This document shows, piece by piece, positions 38,538 to 48,833 of a DNA stretch of 64,000 bases; within the stretch, counting starts at the first letter, position 1, and every line of letters starts with the position of its first letter. This DNA comes from Eledone cirrhosa (taxonomy: Eukaryota). Under the pieces are notes generated by a model. The model was given only the letters and a program-made list of their open reading frames with translations. It did not search any database and was not told the DNA's origin. The translations under genes and the position numbers were made by a program. The stretch covers positions 5,084,001 through 5,148,000 of the forward strand of contig OZ024759.1 in NCBI GenBank assembly GCA_964016885.1, given 5' to 3'.

Positions 38538-38717
38538 TATAAATAATTACAACAGTGACATAAACAGGTACTCAAGTTTGAATGGGTTCTGGGCCCCAAT
38601 TTCTTCAGCCTGTCATGAGATGTTTTCCATTTTCCTCATGACAGGCTGAAGAAATTTGGGGCCGAGAACCCAACGAAACTTGAGTACCTGTTTATGTCAC
38701 TGTTGTAATTATTTATA
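38538..38717. repeat. Inverted repeat, arms about 80 bp
   Basis: aataattacaacagtgacataaacaggtactcaagttt...cagcctgtcatgag / ctcatgacaggctg...aaacttgagtacctgtttatgtcactgttgtaattatt. Confidence 0.92.
38641..38691 (+). ncRNA. Type-I minimal hammerhead-like motif in the right arm of an inverted repeat
   Basis: ACAGG-CUGAAGA-aau-UUGGG(gccgagaa)CCCAA-c-GAAAC-UUGA-GUA^CCUGU. The base of stem II is irregular. Confidence 0.65.
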
Positions 38718-38859
38718 TCTATATACATATATATATATATATATATATTCAAAATTAATTAAATTAAATTAAATTAGATTAAGGGAGTCATGTCCAAGAC
38801 ATGCGCCATATCCACCGTAGAATAAGCTCAAAGATTTCAATGAATAGATCCGAGCATTT

Positions 38860-39187
38860 TATATCAACTAGAAATAGATTGACATATATATATATTTAAA
38901 ATAAACACATGAAACAATGACAGGGTATAATTTGTAAAGTGTGTAATCACACATAGCTAGGTAGGTAACTAATTAAAGTTTAACTAGAGCTTCAAATATT
39001 TCCTTTTTAAAAAATTAATCATTTTTTAATTATTTTTTAAAAAGGTAATATTTGAAGCTCTAGTTAAACTTTAATTAGTTACCTACCTAGCTATGTGTGA
39101 TTACACACTTTACAAATTATCCCCTGTCATTGTTTCATGTGTTTATTTTAAATATATATCTATGTCAATCTATTTCTAGTTGATATA
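38860..39187. repeat. Near-perfect foldback palindrome, arms about 155 bp (MITE-like)
   Basis: tatatcaactagaaatagattgacat...gagcttcaaatatt is mirrored by aatatttgaagctc...atgtcaatctatttctagttgatata. Confidence 0.93.
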
Positions 39188-39814
39188 TATATATATATCC
39201 AGGGAGTGTAACATGAAGTTACTGTAGGTTCACCCAGGTGAGCACTCAATCTTTAGATTCTCGTCCATCATTACAACAGCAGAGGTCCGACGACCTTTTG
39301 ATTCCTCAGTCTGGCTAGATCAATACTGATCAAACTTTGAGCTGAGCAATAGCAAAACGTGCATCACCAATCAATAAATGTAATGAAGGCTTAACAAATC
39401 GTCATTGTATTATTATTATTATACACACACACACACATATATATGTATATATAAATATATATATATATATTTATATATATATCACAGAAAAAAAGATAGG
39501 AAAATCTGCTTCATAGAATCAAAACGTATCTGAGGACCTTGCGATTTTCAGAGTCAGGTTTGATCATCACATCGATCGTGCCTCGAGCTGGTCGCCAGAG
39601 AAACAATTGTAATATGTCCAATAAATTCCATTCGTCGCAACACTGATTCCCTTCTTTTCTGTGACATCATACTCTGCTCTATGAGAGCATTGAGTGCTCA
39701 AATGGCCTACCTCATACGGACACTTTAAGCATCCAACACCAATTATATATATATATATACACACACACATATATATACACACCCACACACACATATATAT
39801 ATACACATATGTAT

Positions 39815-39855
<41 letters not shown>

Positions 39856-39869
39856 TATATATACACACC

Positions 39870-39908
<39 letters not shown>

Positions 39909-39942
39909 GTATACACATATATATATATATATATGTACACAC

Positions 39943-41172
39943 CTCATCATCATCAGGTCGAGCTTGCTCGGCTTTCTACGACACGTTTCCTCCATCCATC
40001 TCTGTCTCTCATAGCGTTTGCCAGTTCTTCCGCAGTGCATCCAGTATCATCCTCAAGTTGCTTGACGTATAACAACACATCACCTGCTATAACAACACAT
40101 CACCTGCTATATCTTCCTTGCTGCGCCAACAGTGGCCAGCAAATCTGAGTCTCTGTCCACGTATTGACCTCCTGATAGGTGGTATATTGCCATAGAGATC
40201 CTTATTTGTTGGGTGTTCCCTCGAAGACACATTTAAAGCAGCGTGGAGCATACGTGTGTATGCCCCGTCTAGCTTTTTCTCCAGTTTTGACGTTAGCGTC
40301 CAAGTGATAGAGCCATAAACAAACACAGACTCCACAGCAGCTCTGAAGAAATTCCTTTTCAGTTTGACCGGCAGGTTTGATTTCTATATCTTCTCCATTG
40401 CATTCAATGCTCCCCAGGCTTTTCCCAGTCTGTTGTTAACATCATGTTCTGTGGAGGCGATATAGCTACCCAGGTATTTGAAGTCGTCAACTTGCTTGAT
40501 TATATCGCCGTTTAGACTTCGCATACCAACTGAGGAGTCTTGGTTCAGGCAAATATATTCTGTTTTGCCTGTGTTGACATAGAGTCGGATTTCCTTTGCA
40601 ACTGATTCGATGCTGTGAAGTAGTGATGTTGCATCCTTAAGGTAGTCAGCGAGGACCGCTAAATCATCCGCATAGTCAGCATCGGTGATTTTCTGAGCTG
40701 CATGGCGTCTACACTTTCACTTTGTGAGAGTGAAACCAAGCTCTAAGTTTTCGTCCAGGGCTTTTCTCAATACATAGTCGAGGCAGATGATAAAAAATGT
40801 ATGGTGCAAGAGTATCCCCTTGGAGTACTCCTGCAATGATGTCAAAGAAGTTGGTATCTCCATCAGGTGAGCGCACCATTGCGCAGGTGTTTTTATATAA
40901 CATCATGATGGCATTTACTGTTTCCCTTGGCAAGCCGTAGGCTAGAAGTATCTCTCTCATCCTCCCACGATGGATGGAATCGAATGCTTTTGAAAAGTCA
41001 ATAAACAGGAGAGTTGCTGGGAGGTTTGGGCTTTTACACCTTCCAAGATACGCCGAATAGTAAGTATTTGCCCTGATGTTGATCTGTTGGTGCGGAAGCC
41101 CTTTTGGTTTTTTCTCAGCAAGGGGTCAATGACAGATCTTATTCTGTCAAACAGCATGAGATTGTATATCTT
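39943..41172 (-). mobile_element. 5'-truncated RTE-clade LINE (decayed RT) with (GAT)n tail
   Basis: Fragments LRKNQKGFRTNRST..ILTIRRILE, DFSKAFDSI, GVLQGDTLAP, YADD, KYLG and RLRFAGHCWR, with frameshifts. Confidence 0.88.
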
Positions 41173-41263
41173 TGCGTGTGTGTATATATATACACACACA
41201 CACACATATATATGTATACACACACACACATATATACTGTAATATACATCATAATATACATAC

Positions 41264-41397
41264 CATGGTGACAGTCAGGTCCCTGGTAACTGGGTTGACA
41301 ACCTCCACTGGAACACACACCTGTGATGAAGTTGTGGTGACATCAGCACAGTGGCAGGTTTCTTTACAGTTGAGGCCGTAGTTACCTTGACGACACT
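41264..41397 (-). pseudogene. Frameshifted EGF-like exon (134 bp, 4-bp deletion, weak GAG acceptor)
   Basis: CRQGNYGLNCKETCHCADVT, then a frame change to NFITGVCSSGGCQPSYQGPDCHH G|gtatgt. The fifth Cys codon is missing. Confidence 0.8.
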
Positions 41398-41419
41398 CTC
41401 AAATATTGGACATTATGCA

Positions 41420-42412
41420 CCAACATTACCACCACCACCACCACACCATCACCATCATCACCATTGTCCTCCTCACAACCACCACCAACATCACCAGCAC
41501 CACCACCACCACCAGCACCACCACCACCACCATCATCACCACCCCCAGCACCACCACCACCACCAGCACCACCACCACCACCACCACCATCATTCTTATC
41601 ACCATCACCACCACCACCATCATTCTTATCACCATCACCACCACCATCACCACCACCACCACCACCACCACCACCACCACCATCACCACCCCCATCGCCA
41701 CCACCATCACCACCACCACCACCACCACCACCACCACCACCACCACCACCACCACCACCGCCACCACCACCGCTACCACCACCACCACCACCACCACCAC
41801 CACCGACATCACCAACACCACCACCACTACCGCCACCGCCACCGCCACCACCACCACCATCACCACCACCATCACCACCACCACCATCACCACCACCACC
41901 ACCACCATCACCAACACAACCACCACCGCCACCACCGCCACCACCACCGCCACCACCACCACCATCACCACCGCCACCACCGCCACCGCCACCGCCGCCA
42001 CCGCCACCACCACCACCGCCGCCACCACCACCACCACCACCACCACCACCATCACCACCACCACCACCATCACCACCACCACCACCACCACCATCACCAC
42101 CACCACCACCACCACCACCACCACCACCGCCATCACCACCACCACCACCACCACCACCACCACCACCACCACCACCACCACCACCACCACCACCGCCACC
42201 ACCACCACCACCACCGCCATCACCACCACCGCCATCACCAACACCACCGCCATCACCAACACCACCACCATCACCACCATCACCACCACCACCACCACCG
42301 CCACCACCGCCACCACCGCCACCACCACCACCACCACCACCACCACCATCATCACCACCACCATCACCACCACCACCACCACCACCACCACCACCATCAT
42401 CATCACCACCAT
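41420..42412. repeat. About 1-kb imperfect (CAC)n/(GGT)n trinucleotide tract
   Basis: Read directly; it produces the poly-H/T/P/G/V ORFs. Confidence 0.98.
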
Positions 42413-42419
42413 CTGCGAG

Positions 42420-45400
42420 ATCAAAAATACTGTTGTGGTCCCATTCCATTACTTCACCAATCTTGTAGACATTAAATATTGTAATGGTCACTGTCCCTTC
42501 TCTTCCACCAATCTGGGAGTCACTAAATACTGTCATGGTTCCTGTTCCTCCCTCCAGTAATCTTGGAGACCCTAAATACTGTTGTAGTACCTTCCCATTC
42601 CTTCCACTAATTTTGGAGACCCTAAATATTGCAATGGGTACTGTCCCTTCCTTCCTTTCCATCAATCTAGGGGACCCTAAATACTGTTCTGGTCCCTGTC
42701 TCTTCTCTTCCACCAATCAGTGAGTCCCTTAATACTGCCGTGGTCCCTGTCTCTTCTCTTCCACCAATCAGTGAGTCCCTTAATACTGTTGTGGTCCCTG
42801 TCTCTTCTCTTCCACCAATCAGTGAGTCCCTTAATACTGTTGTGGTCCCTGTCTCTTCTCTTCCACCAATCAGTGAGTCCCTAAATACTGTTGTGGTCCC
42901 TGTCTCTTCTCTTCCACCAATCAGTGAGTCCCTTAATACTGTTGTGGTCCCTGTCTCTTCTCTTCCACCAATCAGTGAGTCCCTAAATACTATCATGGTC
43001 CCTGTCTCTTCTCTTCCACTAATCAGTGAGTCCCTTAATACTGTTGTGGTCCCTGTCTCTTCTCTTCCACCAATCAGTGAGTCCCTAAATACTATCATGG
43101 TCCCTGTCTCTTCTCTTCCACCAATCAGTGAGTCCCTTAATACTGTTGTGGTGCCTGTCTCTTCTCTTCCACCAATCAGTGAGTCCCTTAATACTGCCGT
43201 GGTCCCTGTCTCTTCTCTTCCACCAATCAGTGAGTCCCTTAATACTGTTGTGGTCCCTGTCTCTTCTCTTCCACCAATCAGTGAGTCCCTTAATACTGTT
43301 GTGGTCCCTGTCTCTTCTCTTCCACCAATCAGTGAGTCGCTAAATACTGTTGTGGTCCCTGTCTCTTCTCTTCCACTAATCAGTGAGTCCCTTAATACTG
43401 TTGTGGTCCCTGTCTCTTCTCTTCCACCAATCAGTGAGTCCCTAAATACTATCATGGTCCCTGTCTCTTCTCTTCCACCAATCAGTGAGTCCCTTAATAC
43501 TGTTGTGGTCCCTGTCTCTTCTCTTCCACCAATCAGTGAGTCCCTTAATACTGTCGTGGTCCCTGTCTCTTCTCTTCCACCAATCAGTGAGTCCCTTAAT
43601 ACTGTTGTGGTCCCTGTCTCTTCTCTTCCACCAATCAGTAAGTCCCTTAATACTGTTGTGGTGCCTGTCTCTTCTCTTCCACCAATCACTGAGTCCCTTA
43701 ATACTGTTGTGGTCCCTGTCTCTTTTCTTCCACCAATCAGTGAGTCCCTTAATACTGTCATGGTCCCTGTCTCTTCTCTTCCACCAATCAGTGAGTCCCT
43801 TAATACTGTCGTGGTCCCTGTCTCTTCTCTTCCACCAATCAGTGAGTCCCTTAATATTGTCATGGTCCCTGTCTCTTCTCTTCCACCAATCAGTGAGTTC
43901 CTTAATACTGTTGTGGTCCCTGTGTCTTCTCTTCCACCAATCAGTGAGTCCCATAATACTGTCGTGGTCCCTGTCTCTTCTCTTCCACCAATCAGTGAGT
44001 CCCTTAATACTGTTGTGGTCCCTGTCTCTTCTCTTCCACCAATCAGTGAGTCCCTTAATACTGTCGTGGTCCCTGTCTCTATCTTCCACCAATCAGTGAG
44101 TCCCTAAATACTGTTGTGGTCCCTGTCGCTTCTCTTCCACCAATCAGTGAGTCTCTTAATACTGTCGTGGTCCCTGTCTCTATCTTCCACCAATCAGTGA
44201 GTCCCTAAATACTGTTGTGGTCCCTGTCTCTTCTCTTCCACCAATCAGTGAGTCCCTTAATACTGTTGTGGTCCCTGTCTCTATCTTCCACCAATCAGTG
44301 AGTCCCTAAATACTGTTGTGGTCCCTGTCTCTTCTCTTCCACCAATCAGTGAGTCCCTAAATACTGTTGTGGTCCCTGTCTCTTCTCTTCCACCAATCAG
44401 TGAGTCCCTTAATACTGTCGTGGTCCCTGTCTCTTCTCTTCCACCAATCAGTGAGTCCCTAAATACTGTTGTGGTCCCTGTCTCTTCTCTTCCACCAATC
44501 AGTGAGTCCCTAAATACTGTTGTGGTCCCTGTCTCTTCTCTTCCACCAATCAGTGAGTCCCTTAATACTGTCGTGGTCCCTGTCTCTTCTCTTCCACCAA
44601 TCAGTGAGTCTCTTAATACTGTTGTGGTCCCTGTCTCTTCTCTTCCACCAATCAGTGAGTCCCTAAATACTGTTGTGGTCCCTGTCTCTTCTCTTCCACC
44701 AATCAGTGAGTCCCTAAATACTATCATTGTCCCTGTCTCTTCTCTTCCACCAATCAGTGAGTCCCTTAATACTGTCGTTGTCCCTGTCTCTTCTCTTCCA
44801 CCAATCAGTGAGTCTCTTAATACTGTTGTGGTTCCTGTCTCTTCTCTTCCACCAATCAGTGAGTCCCTAAATACTATCATTGTCCCTGTCTCTTCTCTTC
44901 CACCAATCAGTGAGTCCCTTAATACTGTCGTTGTCCCTGTCTCTTCTCTTCCACCAATCAGTGAGTCCCTAAATACTGTTGTGGTCCCTGTCTCTTCTCT
45001 TCCACCAATCAGTGAGTCCCTTAATACTGTCGTGGTCCCTGTCTCTATCTTCCACCAATCAGTGAGTCTCTTAATACTGTCGTGGTCCCTGTCTCTTCTC
45101 TTACACCAATCAGTGAGTCCCTAAACACTGTTGTGGTCCCTGTCTCTTCTCTTCCACCAATCAGTGAGTCCCTTAATACTGTTGTGGTCCCTGTCTCTTC
45201 TCTTCCACCAATCAGTGATTCCCTAAATACTGTTGTGGTCCCTGTCTCTTCTCTTCCACCAATCAGTGAGTCCCTTAATACTGTTGTGGTCCCTGTCTCT
45301 TCTCTTCCACCAATCAGTGAGTCTCTTAATACTGTCGTGGTCCCTGTCTCTTCTCTTACACCAATCAGTGAGTCCCTAAATACTGTTGTGGTCCCTGTCT

Positions 45401-45862
45401 CGTCTCATCCACCAATCATTGAGTCCCTTAATACTGTCATGGTCCCTGTCTCTTCTCTTCCACCAATCAGTGAGTCCCTAAATACTGTCGTGGTCCCTGT
45501 CACTTCTCTTCCACCAATCAGTGAGTCCCTTAATACTGTTGTGGTCCCTGTCTCTTCTCTTCCACCAATCAGTGAGTCCCTTAATACTGTTGTGGTCCCT
45601 GTCTCTTCTCTTCCACCAATCAGTGAGTCCCTAAATACTATCATGGTCCCTGTCTCTTCTCTTCCACCAATCAGTGAGTCCCTTAATACTGTTGTGGTCC
45701 CTGTCTCTTCTCTTCCACCAATCAGTGAGTCCCTAAATACTATCATGGTCCCTGTCTCTTCTTTTCCACCAATCAGTGAGTCCCTTAATACTGTCGTGGT
45801 CCCTGTCTCTTCTCTTCCACCAATCAGTGAGTCCCTAAATACTATCATGGTCCCTGTCCCTT
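42420..45862. repeat. 51-bp minisatellite, about 62 homogeneous copies plus about 5 diverged edge copies
   Basis: Unit tggtccctgtctcttctcttccaccaatcagtgagtcccttaatactgttg. Confidence 0.97.
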
Positions 45863-45895
45863 CCCTCTCTAAAGGGTAAACAGATAAAAACTTAC

Positions 45896-46033
45896 TTGAC
45901 TGGCAGCTGTGTCCCCTGTGACCAGGTGAGCACCTTCCATGGATGCAGATACCATTGTCAGAGTAACATTTGCCATTATTCAGACAGTGGCACTCCTTCA
46001 CACAGTTGACACCAAACATGCCATGGGCACATC
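45896..46033 (-). CDS. EGF-like exon (138 bp)
   Basis: ttctcag|..CAHGMFGVNCVKECHCLNNGKCYSDNGICIHGRCSPGHRGHSCQS A|gtaagt. Confidence 0.9.
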
Positions 46034-46809
46034 CTGAGAAAACAACTTCAATATGTAATTACTGTATTTCCTGACGCCGAAGACACTTCGTCCTCGAGGA
46101 CACACCCTAATTCTGACAACCAAAAATTTGAAAAAAAATAATTGTTTCTACTTTTGGCACAAGGCCAGTAATTATTCCAGTGTATTACTGGTACTTTATT
46201 TTATCGACCCCCGTAAGGATGAATGGCAAAGTTAACCTCGGCGGGATTTGAACTCAGACCATAAAGGGACGTAACTCTTTGCTGCAAAGCATGGCGTCAG
46301 ACCGATACTGCCAATCCACTGCTCTTTGAATTTGAAGAAAAATAATTGTTTCTACTATTGGCACAAGGCCAGCAATCACCCAGTACATTACTGGTACTTT
46401 ATTTTATCGACTCCGTAAGGATGAAAGGCAATGTTAACCTTGGCGGGATTTGAACTCAGAATGGCAAGTGCTGTAACTCTATGCGTCAAAGCATGGCGTC
46501 CGACCCTCTACCGATACTGCCAATTCACTGCCCTTTGAAGAAAAATAATAAACAACTTTCGGCCTCCAGGATGCATGGTAGATTTTTGAGACTTATTTTA
46601 GTAAAAGTAGCGTCTTTGACGCCGGGAAATACGGTGAGTTTAATTAATTCAAATTTCAGAGTTGTTATCTTTCATCCTTTGAGTGTATCCCATTTACAAT
46701 AGTAACTCTATAACCCTGCATGTTGTAGAAAGAGCCTAAAATAGTTTGGCATCAAGAAGGGCATCCAGCAGCAAAATAATGCCTCAATACTATATATCAT
46801 CATCATCAT

Positions 46810-47200
46810 TGGATGCGCAATGTCAATGTGCATGAATGAGCAAGCATAGACGAGTTGAGAAAGAAATTGTGTATAATAGGGATAAGCTGTAGTGTGTGGG
46901 AGAGAAGACTGCGTTGGTATAGACATATGATGTGCATGGAGGATGACTGCTGGGTAAAGAAGTGCCAAGAAATCCCAGTAGAAAGAAGATGCAGTAGAGG
47001 AAGACCACGAAAATCATGGACGAAGGTGGTGAGATCTGACCTCAGATTGCTGAAGCTCATGGAGGAGATGACGAAAGACTGTGATGAATGGAGAGATGCT
47101 GTGCTGTATAGGACCCATCCCACCCTTGCAAGCAGGGAAAAGCGGACGTAAAATGATGATGATGATCATCATCATGGTTATCATCATCATCATCATCATT
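46810..47200 (+). mobile_element. RTE-type LINE 3' fragment (inverted paralogue at about 62500-62885; other RT scraps at about 2150-2480 and 4260-4450)
   Basis: ERRLRWY(G/R)H..RM..D..VK...RGRPRK.W...V..D motif and (GAT)n tail. Confidence 0.75.
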
Positions 47201-47378
47201 GTTTAACATCCATCTTCCTCACTAGTCTGGATAAGATGGTTTTGTTCCACTTGAGGTGAGATTGGTCTGGAGACTGTCTTGCTTGTACAGAACTGTCTTT
47301 GGTAGGTTTTTTACCCCTGGAGGCCCTTCCTAACACCAACCACATTTACAGTGTACATCTTCTGTTTATTACATAATT

Positions 47379-47444
47379 CTGTTATACGTATTTCGAAGAT
47401 GTCAGAGTGGTTGCATAACTTTCTGACATGTTCTCTTCAGACAA
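47379..47444 (-). ncRNA. Type-I minimal hammerhead ribozyme motif (third family)
   Basis: UUGU-CUGAAGA-GAAcAUGUCAGA...UCUGACAUcUUC-GAAAU-ACGU-AUA^ACAG. Stem II 11/12 bp, palindromic AUACGUAU stem III, weak stem I. Confidence 0.75.
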
Positions 47445-48243
47445 GTTGAAATTTGTGTTCTTTTATTTTGTTTTTGATATGCTACCAAGGAGTGGGGGTT
47501 AGAGTTGTGTTTGCATTCCTGTCCAGTTGTTATATGGTTTGGATGGCTATTCTAGTAGGCAGATATGAAGCAGGAGGTGCTATTGTTGCTGACATACTAG
47601 GGATGCTAAGTAGGTTAAGGTATCAAATTACCAGAGGGGTAAGTCATCACCCCACCCCCCGTTCATATATGTTAAAGAATTTGTTCGAATAATCTACTTA
47701 TTTTTTTGTTTATTTGAACTTTGTTTATTTGTTTGAACTACATAGCTATATATCCAGGCTGTGTATTATTAGAGAAGGTGATTCTTGTGTAACTATGTAA
47801 GGATGCATTAAATGTATAGATTTAGTCATTATGTTCAGCTCTAGGTGGAAGTTAGCATGGAACGTGTTAACTATCTAATCTAAGGAAAGTTTTAGATATT
47901 TTATGCATACAAGTATTAACTCTTTAGCATTTACATTACTCTGTAATGTATTTTCTCTGTAAAGTCTTTACCTCACATAATAATCTCACATAATATCAAA
48001 TCAACAAGATTTTGATATTATTTATTTTGAGAACAATACCTTAACAAAAGTATGAGCAGCCAGTTACGGCTGGTTTGAACAGAAAAAGCACCACCTACAC
48101 TCCACTCCCACTATAACCATGACAGCCACCTCCACTCCACCACCACCTCCACTCCACTCCCACTATAACCACGACAGCCACCAACACTCCACTCCCACTA
48201 TAACCATGACAACCACCTACACTCCACCCCCACCACCACTCAC

Positions 48244-48378
48244 CTTTACAAGTGTTATTCACATCAATATATCCATCTTTACATCCAGTCACACATTTGC
48301 CAGTCAATTGATCACATGTCTTTCTGCAGTTGTTGCACTCTTCTTTACAATTTCTTCCATAGAATCCAGGGAGACATT
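48244..48378 (-). CDS. EGF-like exon (135 bp)
   Basis: ttctag|..CLPGFYGRNCKEECNNCRKTCDQLTGKCVTGCKDGYIDVNNTCK G|gtgagt; 8 Cys. Confidence 0.9.
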
Positions 48379-48575
48379 CTAGAAAGACAAACAATCTTAG
48401 TCATTATTTCAATCTAGGGCAGTGGATTGGCAGAATCGGTGGAGCATCGAACACCATGCTTTGCGGCATAAAGTTATGGCCCTTTATGATCTGAGTTCCA
48501 ATCCCGCCGAGGGTAACTTTGCTTTTCATCCTTACGGGGTCTTGTGCCTATATAAGGAACCATTATTTTAATCAA

Positions 48576-48798
48576 GGGCGGTGGATTGGCAGTATCGTTA
48601 GAGTGTCGAACACCATGCTTTGCGGTATTGAGTTACGACCCTTTCCATTCTGAGTTCAAAACCCGCCAAAGTTAGCTTGGCCTTTCATCCTTACGGGGTC
48701 GATAAAATAAAGTACCAGTCACACACTGGGGTCATTTAAATCGACTTTCCCCCTTCCCTTCAAATTGCTGGCCTTGTGCCAACAGTAGAAACAATTAT
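48576..48798 (+). mobile_element. tRNA-derived SINE, family B (also near 4980 +, 6138 -, 22350 -, 32350 -, 46140 -, 46343 -, 48415 +, 54068 +, 62160 -)
   Basis: B box gagttcaaaac/aatc; shared body gcctttcatccttacggggtcgataaaataaagtaccagt and tail ctggccttgtgcc. Confidence 0.8.
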
Positions 48799-48833
48799 TT
48801 CAATCTGCACTTTGACAATGCTGTTTATTTTAA

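Noticed and set aside
39200-39745. Further hammerheads at CTGAGGA motifs (about 39305 and 39530)
   Set aside because: No matching GAAA-N..UH and stem I could be found by eye.
41351-42716. Poly-His, poly-Pro, poly-Gly or mucin-like proteins
   Set aside because: (CAC)n is stop-free in nearly all frames; no splice or codon support.
42667-45879. 17-aa repeat protein
   Set aside because: The 51-bp satellite is open on both strands, and 50-bp units break the frame.
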